From positions 18,104,001 to 18,168,000 of the forward strand of contig NW_024704752.1 in NCBI RefSeq assembly GCF_018977255.1: DNA of 64,000 bases. Direction: 5' to 3'. The stretch is from Callorhinchus milii. Lineage: Eukaryota. The notes beneath the pieces are model-generated. The model searched no databases and was not told the DNA's origin. It saw only the letters and a program-made list of their open reading frames with translations. Both the position numbers and the translations under genes were made by a program. Positions 23,907-35,823 of the stretch are shown here, one piece after another (the first letter of the stretch is position 1; each line of letters starts with the position of its first letter).

Positions 23907-24154
23907 AATTTATTAGCCCAAAATTCTACCTGGCCTTGGCTTGTAAGACAACTTTGCCGTAAAATTTCAGATTGCACCACAGTGGAGGGTTCTTTAATTA
24001 GGTCTTCATTTGGAAGCCGGCTTTCCGCAGCTCTTAAAAAGGAAGAGATTTCCACATTAAGGTTGAGACTCAATGCATCTGGTCCATAAAATCAGATCTA
24101 CTTGCATAACTGATCATGTTATTAACAAATTGGCACTGCCATATTGTCAGGTTT

Positions 24155-24250
24155 TAAAGTGTATTTACTACGCATTTGTAGGTGAACGTAGCAGCCAATT
24201 TGCTCACAGCAAAGTCCCACAAACAGCCAAGAAGCAAATGACCAATTTTA
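24155..24250 (-). mobile_element. SINE Deu-segment fragment
   Basis: GCAGCCAATTTGCTCACAGCAAAGTCCCACAAACAGC..ATGACCAA. Confidence 0.75.
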
Positions 24251-25142
24251 TTAAATAGAAAGAAAGTGATTGTTTTTAAGCAAAATGCCTCAACAGAGAG
24301 GCACTGTTGTAACTGTACAGTTTTAGTTACTATAAAGCGAAGCACAGAACAATTGTCCAACAGGGTTGTTGAGGATTAACTATTAAGTGATGTTTGGAAC
24401 AAAGCCAGTGAAAGCAGCTTAATTTAACCATAAAGTACATTTGCTGCCTGATTATCAGTCAATCCTCAATGAACTGCGCTGAATTCTCTGCTTTTCTGCT
24501 GTTAATGCAGTGTTGTTTGGTAATTTTATGTGTGCCGTTCTTGATTCTGTTGGAAGGAAAGTGAATATTAAATATGAATTACTTCAAAACTTTGAGAGTG
24601 TGGGGAACTCCACAGGAAGTTCCAGAGCTGTTTGTGGAAGTTCCCAGGGATTTGATGTACTGTAATCAAAGAGGGAACTCTTATGTAAGAGCTTCTACGG
24701 TCTATATATTTGCTCTAAATTGCAGAAAAATAATTAACTCCATCTGTGCAAACATTAGTGTCGGTGGTACTGACGAGAAGATATTCAGATTACGAAAGAA
24801 TTCAGGCAAATCTACTTAAATTTACATTGCCTGTTCCATATTAGCCGAATATTCTATTGTGTATGTAAATCTAGATGTTTTCTGCTAGATTAGGTAGCAC
24901 AGCTAAAGAAAATGGGCTGGGATTAAGGAAATGACGCTTTGATTTTACGTGCTGTGGTTCTGAATCTAAACAGAGATAGAAATCAGTTCTGCCCATTGCA
25001 GACTATTGCATTGTTTCCTTGTGCTCGGGGTTCCTTCGGAGATTTATGGCAGCACATTGGCAAAATCATATGGATATTGATTGTTTCAGGCTGCACAGGA
25101 GAACAACCAGAATCTGAAAGAACAAGGATAGCTTTAAATACT

Positions 25143-25290
25143 GTACAGCACGGAAACAAGCCATTTGGCCCAACTAATCTGTGTCAGTGTTTATATACTA
25201 CATGTCTCCATCTTCTCCTTGCTCTCTCCCATACCCTATTTTCTTCTCCCTTGCATGTCCATCTCTTTTGATCTAAAATTAATGCACTTA
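25143..25290 (-). mobile_element. CR1 LINE 3'-end remnant
   Basis: ACAGCACGGAAACAAGCCATTTGGCCC..CTTGCTCTCTCCCATACCC. Confidence 0.65.
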
Positions 25291-25696
25291 GCCCTACCAA
25301 TAATAACAAATTGCTTTGTGTTTCTTTTTAAATCTAACTTAATTTAATGATGGAATTTTAAGTACTCCCCTTAAAAGTGAAGTCAGATTGGAAAAAAACA
25401 AATGGCAACTTCCACAGGTCACTGCCATCAGGAATTCTCTCTATTCCTGCCCTTCCTCATTAATGTTAGCTATCTTTTGGATGAGACGTTAAGTGGAGTT
25501 GTTGAGATGTTGAACTGTTTACAAGAAGCCATGTCCCTGTTATTCAGTTGGTGCTACCAATGGGTTTCTGCCACTGGACAATGACAACAATAATTGGTTT
25601 CAAATTCTCATGGAGAACAATATTTATACAGATCTGGAACAGAATACACCAACACACAATGAAATGCTGCAGCCAGATGCGCACAGCTAGAATTAC

Positions 25697-25912
25697 TAAT
25701 AATACTTTCATTTGATATAGCGCCTTATCACGTCTTTGAGACGTGTCAGCGCTTCACAAAATATACTGTAAAGTGAATTGACTGTATATTTGTGGGTGAA
25801 ACACAGTAGCAATGTCCCAACAGTAGCCAGAGGATGAGTGACCAATTTGATTTAGGAGAATTATTGGCCAGGACGCAGGGAGAAACTTTATGCTCTTTTC
25901 AAGTAGCTCTTT
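25697..25912 (-). mobile_element. SINE 3' half (A-type tail with B-type Deu body)
   Basis: CATTTGATATAGCGCCTTATCACG..TTGGCCAGGACGCAGGGAGAAAC. Confidence 0.85.
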
Positions 25913-26445
25913 TTGAAATAAGATAATGGTTCAGAGCGCTTCACAATTAGATGATGAGCAAGGGAAAGGAAGAGAAAACACCTTAATACCATCACCAACA
26001 AAGCAATTTCACATCTTGATGTTATAATTTGGGTTCTTTCTTTTGTGCATAAATGACATCCAAGAGCTCTCTGCTGCGCATTTTCTATTTATATGTTGCT
26101 GTTTATGTCAATTGAAAACCTTATTGTCGCAGAGCCTTATTTAACACACAAATGAGCACTCTTAAGCATTGTCACCGAAAACCTGACCCCTGACTAATCT
26201 GGCTGCATTAATGGACTGAGTTTTATGAGTGAATTTGAATTGCTCATTCAATTAGGGTTTTGTTTTCAATGTCCCTGGTTAAGAACTCTTTTATAACCAT
26301 TTTATACCTTTTTTTACAGAGACTGTTCTATGCTGGGATACAGTACCATACACAGTAGCAATCCTCTGATACCTGGCTACAGGTGTGAGAATCAGCTTTC
26401 ACCTTGGAGAGATCAAAGGTTTTAGTTTAAATTCAGTGAGAGATT

Positions 26446-26565
26446 ACCTGGTATATTAGGTGTGATATGGCCTTGAATATTAGGTGGGATTATAGCCTGT
26501 ATACTACTTGGGAAATGGCCTGGTATATTAGGTGAGATAAGGCCGTGTACATTAGGTGGGTTAAC
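26446..26565. repeat. Degenerate minisatellite, about 5 x 24 bp
   Basis: Unit approximately GCCTGGTATATTAGGTGAGATAWG. Confidence 0.85.
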
Positions 26566-26869
26566 AGCGAAACATAGCAAGGATGACACTAGGTTTATCA
26601 CCAATTAATCATATACCAGTCACTGCTTTAACAATCCTGGTTCAGTAGTTGACAGCTAACTCTATATTTAAATTAAACCAATTTTAGAACATACTGATAT
26701 TAAATCTCCTTTCAACCAATCCACGTCAGTATTTTATATCTATAATAATTATTATTATTATTATTATTTTATATCTTTTATTTTATTTTCCTTTTGAGAA
26801 AAAGAGGGAGGAAAAGCCCTTACCTGGTTTTCAGAGATAGCATGACAAAGCAGGTTTAAGTGTAACACA

Positions 26870-27200
26870 CTCATCAGCAGAATGACTCTCCTGCTGTCAT
26901 TTCCCACTTGGAAAATGAAGCTGAAAGAATATTGTGTTAAATAATAAATGGAAAAATGATTTGAGCAATAATACGAGTTCTTTTTAGAACCATCTCTGGC
27001 GGCACTCTCATAATAAATAAATTAACATCTGTTATTTACAAGGGCAATATCAGTCTGTCACATTGATGGATTTTGGGGGTTTTAACGCTCACCATTGATG
27101 TAATAAGTCTTAATATAGCAAATGCATTTGGAGGTAATTTGATTTTAAATTACTTTGTTCTTTACTCTTAAGCGAAGGACTCCAATGGCCAAAACATGCC
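26870..27200. promoter_or_regulatory. Candidate Meis/Pbx-Hox enhancer (CNE-like)
   Basis: CTGTCA (27055-27060) 3 nt from TGATGGAT (27064-27071); second CTGTCA at 26894; TAAT/ATTA-rich and repeat-free. Confidence 0.4.
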
Positions 27201-27584
27201 ATCAGTCAACGGCAGAAGTAAGGCACAGGAGGGGAAAATCGTATTCACCAATTAGAAACACATTGTGTAGAAATATATCTGTAAGAGTCGAAGCACATTA
27301 GTATTGAATTCCAAGCTAGTTGGGCATCAAGTGCAATATGATTCATAATGTACTGGTCTCCACGATGCATTGTTCTTGTGCTCTCGAAGGAAACAAGTGT
27401 TCTGTACGAACACACATCCTTTGAGATAAACTATTGTTCCTGTTGCCCTTGACATCTGTGGGTTTCGACATCAGTGGACTGTTGGACTTGCTAAGCATTG
27501 ATCAAGAATTGTGTAGAACACAGGAAACTTGCAGATACATGGGCCAAAGCTGACCTTGAGTCCAAGGGCACCTGTATTATATCC

Positions 27585-27952
27585 TTAGGCAAGTTTCCTT
27601 ACTCCACACACTTCTGTTTATCCAGTAGTAAGTAGGAACCCGGTTGTTAGTCGATTGGCAAATCACTTTTCCGGTGGTAATAATTTCTTCAAATAAATAA
27701 ATAAATAAACAAACACATAAATCAATAAATCAATAAATCAATAAATAAACAAACAAACAAACAAACAAATAAATAAATAATGATTTGGTCACTCAATCCA
27801 TGACTGTTTGTAGGACATTCTGTGCTGGGACAACTGGCTGCCACAAAATATACATTCAATTCACTTTATATTCTGTGAAGCATTTTTTTGACATCTCACC
27901 AATGTGATCAGGCGCTATATCAAATGCATGGATTATTCTTATTATTCTTATT
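27585..27952 (+). mobile_element. SINE family A, 5'-truncated, with internal tetranucleotide expansion
   Basis: GGCAAGTTTCCTTACTCCACAC..AGGAACCCGGTTGTTAGTCG; (AAAT/AAAC/AATC)n at 27690-27780; tail GGATTATTCTTATT. Confidence 0.9.
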
Positions 27953-28714
27953 AAACCTGCCTTCCAGCGGATACCGTATAACGGGTTTATCCAGAACTTC
28001 ATATAGGTATTAAATTATAAAATAAATTTTAAAGTGTATAAATTAATAGGCCAGGAATAGATGTAAATCCATATCCACATGATTTTTTTTCATGCTTGTC
28101 CATACTCCCAATTTCTCAGTTTAGCCTCAACATTTGGATTCCCCCATCAGGTTGGTTTGGAGGGGACAATCCAAATGGAAGTGCAGTATTCATACTGAAA
28201 AGAACTGAGAGGAAAATGTGCTAAAGCCATGACATGCTGGATTGGATGTCATTAATTTCCATAGGATCAGCTTATGATTTATGCTGCCTGGTGCAAATAT
28301 AAGATTTTATGAACGGAGGGCTTAGCAGAACTATATATATTTTTACGGTCTCTGAAGACGCTGCAGAAATCCGATCACTGTCCATCAAGATTTTATTCAT
28401 TTGTTTTTGTTCAAGTCTATTGTTCGATTCATTTCTTTGATAATTGAATTGGAATGCTTCCCTTTAAATTCCCAAGCCCAGTATTGTCTGGGCTATTTGT
28501 AGCTCATCTTATCTCTACTTCTGAACAGTATCAACACTTCTGGATATCCCTTAGGGGAGAGGGAGGGATGTGTGGGTGGGGGGGAGGATTTGTATCTTAT
28601 CTGGAACGGGAAGTCAGAATTTTTGGTTAGCTCCAAGATATAGGATTTGTAATCCTTTTAGGCTTGTCTGAAAAGATGATTAAATGCCAGCAAACAACAG
28701 CGATAAAAAAATAA

Positions 28715-28820
28715 AAATATGAGGAATAAAAATCTGAAACCAGATTGATGGAAATGTAGTGCAGGTCAGTCAACATCTGAAAGAGAGAGGAAGCTTAATA
28801 TTTTATGTGCGATTCTTCCA
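28715..28820 (+). mobile_element. Degenerate chondrichthyan MER6-like/Penelope-associated repeat
   Basis: AAATCTGAAA..TGGAAAT..GCAGGTCAGTCAACATCTG..AGAGAG..TTAA resembles a common shark repeat (recalled, not searched). Confidence 0.4.
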
Positions 28821-29125
28821 TAGCATGATTAAACAGTATGTGTTACTTAAACAATGAAATAAAAGTGTCAAAATCTCTGTATGGGATGGCGATTGATACA
28901 GCGGGAAAACCAATACTGAGGAAAACATGAACCAGGAAACAATGTGATATTTTGCTGTTTCCTGTCAACTGCATCTCGAAAGGATTCTGCTAGTTTGGGG
29001 TAATTTATACAGCAAAGGGAAAAGCATTGAACACTGACTCTGGTCACTGAATATTTCCGAAGCTCTAACAATATTTAGCTCAACCTTTTGTGCTAATAGT
29101 AAGATGAATATAGACAATATTAAAA

Positions 29126-29273
29126 ATAATTTGGTCATTCGATCCACCACTGTTTGTGGGACACTGCTGCGCACAATTGGCTGCCGCGTTTCTCCCAGAA
29201 AATATACCGTCAGTCCACTTTACGTCTCGAAGATGTCATAAGGCGTGATATCAAATGCAAGGATATTATTATT
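29126..29273 (+). mobile_element. SINE family A 3' half
   Basis: TTTGGTCA..TGTTTGTGGGACACTGCTGCGCACAATTGGCTGCCGCG..ATCAAATGCAAGGATATTATT. Confidence 0.9.
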
Positions 29274-29787
29274 TTTAATATTCAGCCATACAGCTGAATA
29301 TTGCCCTTCTGTATATCAGTGTTATTTTATTGATGTGAAAGCACATGATTTTACTGTTATTAAATATTGAAGATTCTGGTCCTGTGATATCAATCTACTG
29401 CCAAATGTAATTAAAATAGAATGTATTCTATATTCAAGTCAGATTCTATTGTGACTGAGACCCAGGTGCCTAGGGATTTTGAATTTAAAATGATTTTGCT
29501 TATTCTTAAAGGCACTAGTGAAATATCCATTAGCATTAATCACATTCGATATTCCTCAGTGAAAGCGTGAGTCATGCAAGTTCTGATTGACTATCAATCT
29601 CATATACTAGTGGCCTGGTTCCTCCATTGTAGGCAAAGTCGTGTGAGAGCCATACAAATAAATTAATGCTGTGGTTGCTTCCAGTTCTCCTGTAAATGCC
29701 AAACTGTGAGCAACGGGAATTAATATGAAAATATTTACCAGTAGTCATGCAGTACAAGTTTTGTTTAGGTTTTGTTCCAGAACAAAA

Positions 29788-29839
29788 TGTGTGTGTGTGT
29801 GTGTGCGTGTGTGTGTGTGTGTGCGTGTGTGGTGTGTGC
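29788..29839. repeat. (TG)n microsatellite with TGCG interruptions
   Basis: Directly visible. Confidence 0.95.
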
Positions 29840-30344
29840 GGAGGGGGACAGAAAATTGCTGCATGATATTATCACTATTGATAATCTAATCACCGCACTA
29901 CTTACAATAGATCAAGTTCCAATGATTTACATGGCTTTGTACAGTTGGTGGTGGCAGAAGCAAGAGATAGATTTCTCCACCCACAAGCCCGAACAATGGT
30001 ACATTGTCCCATCACTGAGCAGACAGTGATGGACATAGAGTCCAGTTTTCACTGGGGTTTTTTTCCCAGCCTTCATCATCTCCACTTTTCCCAGTACATT
30101 CCAGATGCAATTAGCAATTGAGTCGTGTGATGTTTGTAACGGCAGAGAGTTTGCATCCTTTATAGAGATGGATGGGCAGTGTCCCAGTCTATCGTTTTTG
30201 GCAGCCTTAACAAGTTGGGCTCCTCAGCACGTCACTTGTTTGCCCACTGTCTGATTGTGTTTGCATCTGCCTGCTGTAAAGAGCTGCAGAGGGTTTGGCA
30301 TCATTAGCGAAGAGGGGGAAAAAAAACTTTACTTTTGTTCACAT

Positions 30345-30660
30345 CCACCACGTAATTGATGATGGAGAGAAGCCGAGCAACCCGAAGCAAGCTTCCCTGG
30401 CAGGAGCCTCTGCTGTGTGGATGTTGTGATAAAATGAGCAGCCATTCATCACGACCAAATATTAGCATCCTGTGGGAGACAAAGCCACACGACCACTTCA
30501 ACAGCTCACCAGATATGCCACGAGAGGCCAGCTTCACAATGTGGCTGAGGATGTTGTACAATTACTGAAGGTGGTGGAAATATTGAGGGCTAACACTTTG
30601 ATCCCAGAGTCATTCCATTGCATTAGACTGAGAGCATCACAAGTCAACCTGATTGAAACC
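30345..30660 (-). mobile_element. Old CR1/L2-superclade LINE reverse-transcriptase fragment
   Basis: Minus strand reads VLALNISTTF, KLASRGISGELLKW..FVSHR and GSCQGSLL..IIN, decayed forms of ALD.S.AFD, KL...GI.G.LL.W and GVPQGSVLGP. Confidence 0.7.
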
Positions 30661-30879
30661 TTTAGATGATCGAAGCCACCAGGTAAAAAAAACATCTAAA
30701 GACCCAAATAACAAATGGCCTAATGTTTTTAAAATGCAGATTTCAAAAGTGCATTAAAGGTCCTGCAAGTTGCATTCAAGAAAGCACATCATGTCTGATG
30801 TAGCACTTTGTTGTGCTGAAACATCTCAACACACTTCACGCTATGAGAATCTCATAATTATTATATGAAAAAATGCACC

Positions 30880-31190
30880 ACATCTCAAAGCGCTTCACTG
30901 AATATACTGCAAAGTGCATATTTTGTGGACGAAATGCAGCAGCCAATTGCGCACAGTAGTGTCTCACAATCAGTCGTGGATTGAGTGACCAAATTATTAT
31001 TTTTTTGAAGGGATTATTACTCCTGGAAAAGCCATCCGCCAATCAACTAACGGCCGGGTTCCTACTTACTGCTGGTAAACAGAGGCGTATGGAGTAAGGG
31101 AACTTACCCAACATTTCGCCCAACCGGGAATCGAACCCAGATCCTCTCGTTTGTGAGGCGAGTGCTCTAACCACTGAGCTACAGGACTCC
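30880..31190 (-). mobile_element. SINE family A with intact tRNA head, lacking the terminal tail
   Basis: Ends GGGAATCGAACCC..GAGTGCTCTAACCACTGAGCTACAGGACTCC (B box GTTCGATTC and A box on the minus strand). Confidence 0.95.
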
Positions 31191-31888
31191 ACTCCATATT
31201 TCTGTTTTAAAACATTTAACCTATAGTAATTGGAAAGTATTAATTTAATTACAACCTGTATCAGTATCAGTGCTTTCTTGACTGCTGACAGACACAGTAA
31301 TAACATTTAACATTCTAACCTGGAGTTCCAGTAAACATTTTCTGATGAAGAGGTAAATGGATTGTTACACCCCACCGAAAAGGTTCCTAAAGATAGCTTG
31401 ATAGCTAACCATAACTTGCTATGGCCAACAAAAACTTGTTATCAAGTTATCGTTAACATTCTTAGTACCTAAGAATCAGCAGGATTCTTGGATTACCCTT
31501 GGAGGACCATTGAATATTCAACAGCACAGAGAGGTTCTGTGATGTTTGATAAAGTACCTTTTCCTCAAATGCCCACCACATTGATGATTCTCCTGCTTCA
31601 CTGCACCACGACCCTGAAAATATAATCTCCAATCTGCCATCAGACCTGATTTATCAATCTCTCCTGCTTATAACGGTTTTACGGTAACAGGAACATTTCA
31701 TAGGTAGACTACCAATTAAATATGTTTGACATTATTCTAGCATAGTAAGCCAAACAAAGTGACTGTATCATATTCACTGTTGTCTCAATTGATAGGTCTT
31801 ATCCTTATTTCTAAATTCTATACCAGAAGTAACTGTAAAGGGTTTTGAAAATTAACCTCTTTAGTGCTGGAAATGATTAAACCCTTAG

Positions 31889-31996
31889 AATAATTATCCT
31901 TGCATTTCATATAGCGCTTATCACTCCTTTGGGACATTTCAAAGTGCTTCAGAGAATATACAGTAAAGTGAATTGACTATATTTTGTAGGTGAAAC
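31889..31996 (-). mobile_element. SINE family A 3' fragment
   Basis: ATCCTTGCATTTCATATAGCGC..AAAGTGAATTGACT. Confidence 0.85.
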
Positions 31997-33455
31997 TGAT
32001 TCATATGTCTGAGAATATCAACTTGTCAAAATCTAGTACGTGAAGGTAGCAACAGAACAATAAGTGGAACAGTAGACATGCATCAATATTAATTATTTCT
32101 TCGACATTACAGTTGACAGTGACCAAAAATCATACAGTACATTTATAAATGGATTGNAAAAAAAGTGATCTGACCACATTTATACTTGTACATCCTCTCA
32201 AGGCTGAGACTTTTAGACCTAAGAAGCAAATTAAACTATCTTATTGAATATTTAGTACCCTTCCATTGCAATCATGCAATGATACAATCTGCCTTTAATT
32301 GAATTTCATATTTTTGATAAATCAGCTCTTTCAGGTTTAGCTTGAATGCCTTTTGGAAGAAACTGCAATTTTTTTCCTCTCAAGTTAAATGAATCACGGC
32401 TTCTGTGTTAGCAGTCTATAAAGAAAATCAAAATCATCCAATAATCAATTTTTAATACATTTCCAAAAACATACATTACCATTACAGTCGACCAGGTTTG
32501 TACTGCTGTGAGTGTATGAAGACACAAGAAATGGTATGGTCTTTTAACTCATTCTCTTCTGAAATTAAATGGCATAAGGAAGGCATTGATCTACTGTGTC
32601 CCTTTTCTATTAAAATATATATTGGTATGCAATGTGGTGGCATATCGGGTTGAAGTACTATTATGCTGCCCTGTGGTGCGGTGAGCTTGATGAATTCCCA
32701 ATCATAAAATCAAAATATTGCAAGAGACACTCCCCAGAATTGCACTGACACAAGAAAGCACAAAACAAGATCACCACAAGTTACGTTTATATGGCATCAC
32801 TCATGTCGGGAAGGACGTCTCAAGACACTTTGCCACAGCTTCACCATGTCAGGCCCTGAGCAAGACTTTCTTGCAGAAGGCGGTGATTTTCAAGGCAAAG
32901 CACATATGATGATGCATTGACTGCATTTCCCATTACTGTGCTGATAATTAGGAAGGAGATACGCTGTGTAATAGTTTCCTGGGTTTTGTGGCACCAGTTT
33001 TCTTTGTTGTTGGTTGAATAGACAGTGCAGTTTCTAAATTATTTATGCAGACTTAACTGGAGGCCAGGGTCAAAAGGTCTCGCTTTTCTTCAGGGAATTT
33101 TCGCTCTCCTAAGAATGCACAAATGCTGTCAAAAGACTACGTTTGTGGAAGTGTGAAAGTGTGGGTGGAGATCTGGGTGACAGAGGTTAGAAATGAGCAT
33201 TTTATTTGTGAGCCGAATCTTTCCAAAAAAAATGTTTGATTGAAGGAGACAAGTCAACTAAGTGATGCATTCCGAAATGTTGGCACTTAAAGTACTCTTG
33301 ATATTTAACTGTCCTTATGAACATCAGGAAAACTTTTATATGCTATTATATTTTCAGCATGATTGCTTCAAATTGGACTTTAGTTTGGGTTACTTCTTAA
33401 CTGGATTCCTTAACTTGTCTTGAGGGAAATACGTTCCGGAAGTGGGTTTTATTAT

Positions 33456-33566
33456 TAATAATAATAATCCTTGCATTTGATATATAGCACCTTATCAGAT
33501 CTTCGAGACGTCTCAAAACGTTTTGCAGATTATAGTAAAATGGATTGACTGTTATATCTTGTGGGC
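33456..33566 (-). mobile_element. SINE family A 3' fragment
   Basis: (AAT)4 CCTTGCATTTGATA..CTTCGAGACGTCTCAAAACG. Confidence 0.85.
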
Positions 33567-35823
33567 ATAATTGGAGTAGAGTTCTTACAAGACTGTGTCA
33601 CGTACTTCCAGGTGACTGAAGAATTCCCCATTTCTGCATTGCGGTTTGCAGAGAAAGGAATCCTGTAAGAAATATACAAATTGCAGCCCGTTAATACGTT
33701 GTTCTGAGACATTTTTTTCGGACTTGTACTTTCACGGGAGCTGAAATACTTTGATTTCCAGTTTGCATTGCTGCCTTTGATCGATGGCTCTAGAGATGTC
33801 ATTTGTTCCCATATAAATTTAACTTAATAATAACTTGTTTTCTCCAACTTCGTGTTCCAGTTTTATCTGTGATGGCTCTATTGAGGTGTGAAAAATGCAG
33901 CAGATTTGACTGCCATGCGGATCGCACATGATGATATCTGGCTCGAACATAACACCTTCTTGTTCCTCGTAGTCGGTTTAGGAGAATGAAATATTTTCGA
34001 CTAGTCTGTTTGATGACAATCCTCATTATTCCCTGAATGCCCAGAATTCTCCCTGGTTTCATTCTTATTCACACCATGTGCAATCTGAGCTTTCCAGAAG
34101 CGAGATTGCTAAATCGGATGCAGTTTCCGCCAGTAAAAACTACTGGAGCTACAATTAAAGTCGTTCATGTTAAATTAATAACCAACTCAGCAATTAACAA
34201 CCGTGCATACACTGTGCATATTTCCATTGAATTTTAAAGGTAGCACGTAAAAAAAAGTAGGAAGAAACATTAATTGCAAAGTTAGCGAATGCGAAAAAAT
34301 ATTTTGAGAGTGAGAAGATAAAAAATATTTGTATAATTTGAATCCAGAAATATGATACTTCTAACTGTGCCTTTGCTATTTTGCTTTAATTTGGCAGACA
34401 ATTCTGTAGCGTTGCTATGCTGTTCATTTTCAATCACCTGTTTGTGAAAAACGTAACGAGTTATGCAATTTAACAGCAACAGTAGTTTCACAACACCTTC
34501 CACCTTGGCATAAATGCGTTGCACTGAAATTAACTGAAAGTTTTCCTGGACAAAAGAAACATTAGGTTTATGTTTATGATTTAATCGTTTTTTTAAAAAA
34601 ACTCTTAGAGCAAATAATATTTTGGTGTCTCTGCAGTTATTGATCTATTGGAATTCGAAAATCCATTCAAAGCATAGGAGAGAAAATGATTGACTTGGAG
34701 CAATACAGGATATGCAACACAGGTTAAAGATCAGTAAATCACTTTTGCAGGATTTAATTGCAGACTACAATGAATAGCTCTTTGACTATTTTCAGCCGGA
34801 ATGTTAAAATCCAGCTTTTCGTAAAAGAAGCAAAAACTCAATGGAAATGCATAAAGCCATAGCTATGAGTAGAATTGTGTGCCCGTGTGAATAATCTGAT
34901 TTCCTGGAGTTTTAAATTAATCTGCTTTAGTTGTTGTGGACTCCGTCTGACCTTGGTGGTGGGGAAGGGTGGGGTAAGAACCGAAAGCTTGATCTGCACT
35001 GGAATCATTAGGGAAATCGTGGAACCTCTTCATTTCACAATACACACAATTGGTGGCCGTACTAATTGGATATGCAGCCGACATTGATAGCATCAGAAAC
35101 CGATCACATCAAGAGGGGAATTCTGGCGACATATTTACTTTGTTGAAAATGCGTTGCAATATCAAATCGTGCTACTATACACGTATATTTCCATGTCCAG
35201 TCGGACCAGAAGGCCAATGGCAAACATTCTACACTGAAATTCAGCAGCAGAAGTGCTTTCTGTGCCCGATGGTTAGATTTACTACATCGATAAAATGTTA
35301 CTGCTTTGGATTTGAGATTTAATTCTCTAACAGGCATGAAATGGTGTGGAGAAGATTGCACTCAAAGCTCAAGGGTTGTACGGAACAGAGGTAGGTACCA
35401 CAGCAATATGTCACAAGATCTTGAGATGAATTCGGTTGAAGAAAACCCATCATCCTCCCATCAGAACATTGAGCTGTGTTGTTTTTAATTAAACGAGTCC
35501 AGTATCCTGGCCTGGATGATGTTTTCACGTAAACCAAGTAGAACATCAAATTAAAAAAATGACGGATTTCAACTTCAACCTCAGCACCAAGCTGGTATCA
35601 CTGTACGTCCTGTGGGTAATAGAGTTAAAAGTAAATCAAAATCATAATTTCAAGGGTTTTTGTTTTTCACCAACATATTTTTTTCCCCCAAAGCACAGCA
35701 TTTGCTCAATTGTTCAATGAGGTTAAACCCATAGAGCAATCCAGATGTAAGGGGTTTGTTGTGGAACAAACATCTGATTTCTTAAAATTGAGTTTGTACG
35801 ATGAACAAAACCCAATGTAAGAA

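Noticed and set aside
26446-26565. CRISPR-like array
   Set aside because: Contiguous tandem units without unique spacers, a vertebrate context and no cas genes
32665-32682. CTCF-like site GCACCACAGGGCAGCA (also about 44277-44293)
   Set aside because: Mismatches at highly conserved core positions
34875-35549. Overlapping 60-90 aa ORFs in the CpG-richer block
   Set aside because: Short, mutually overlapping on both strands, and no recognisable protein family
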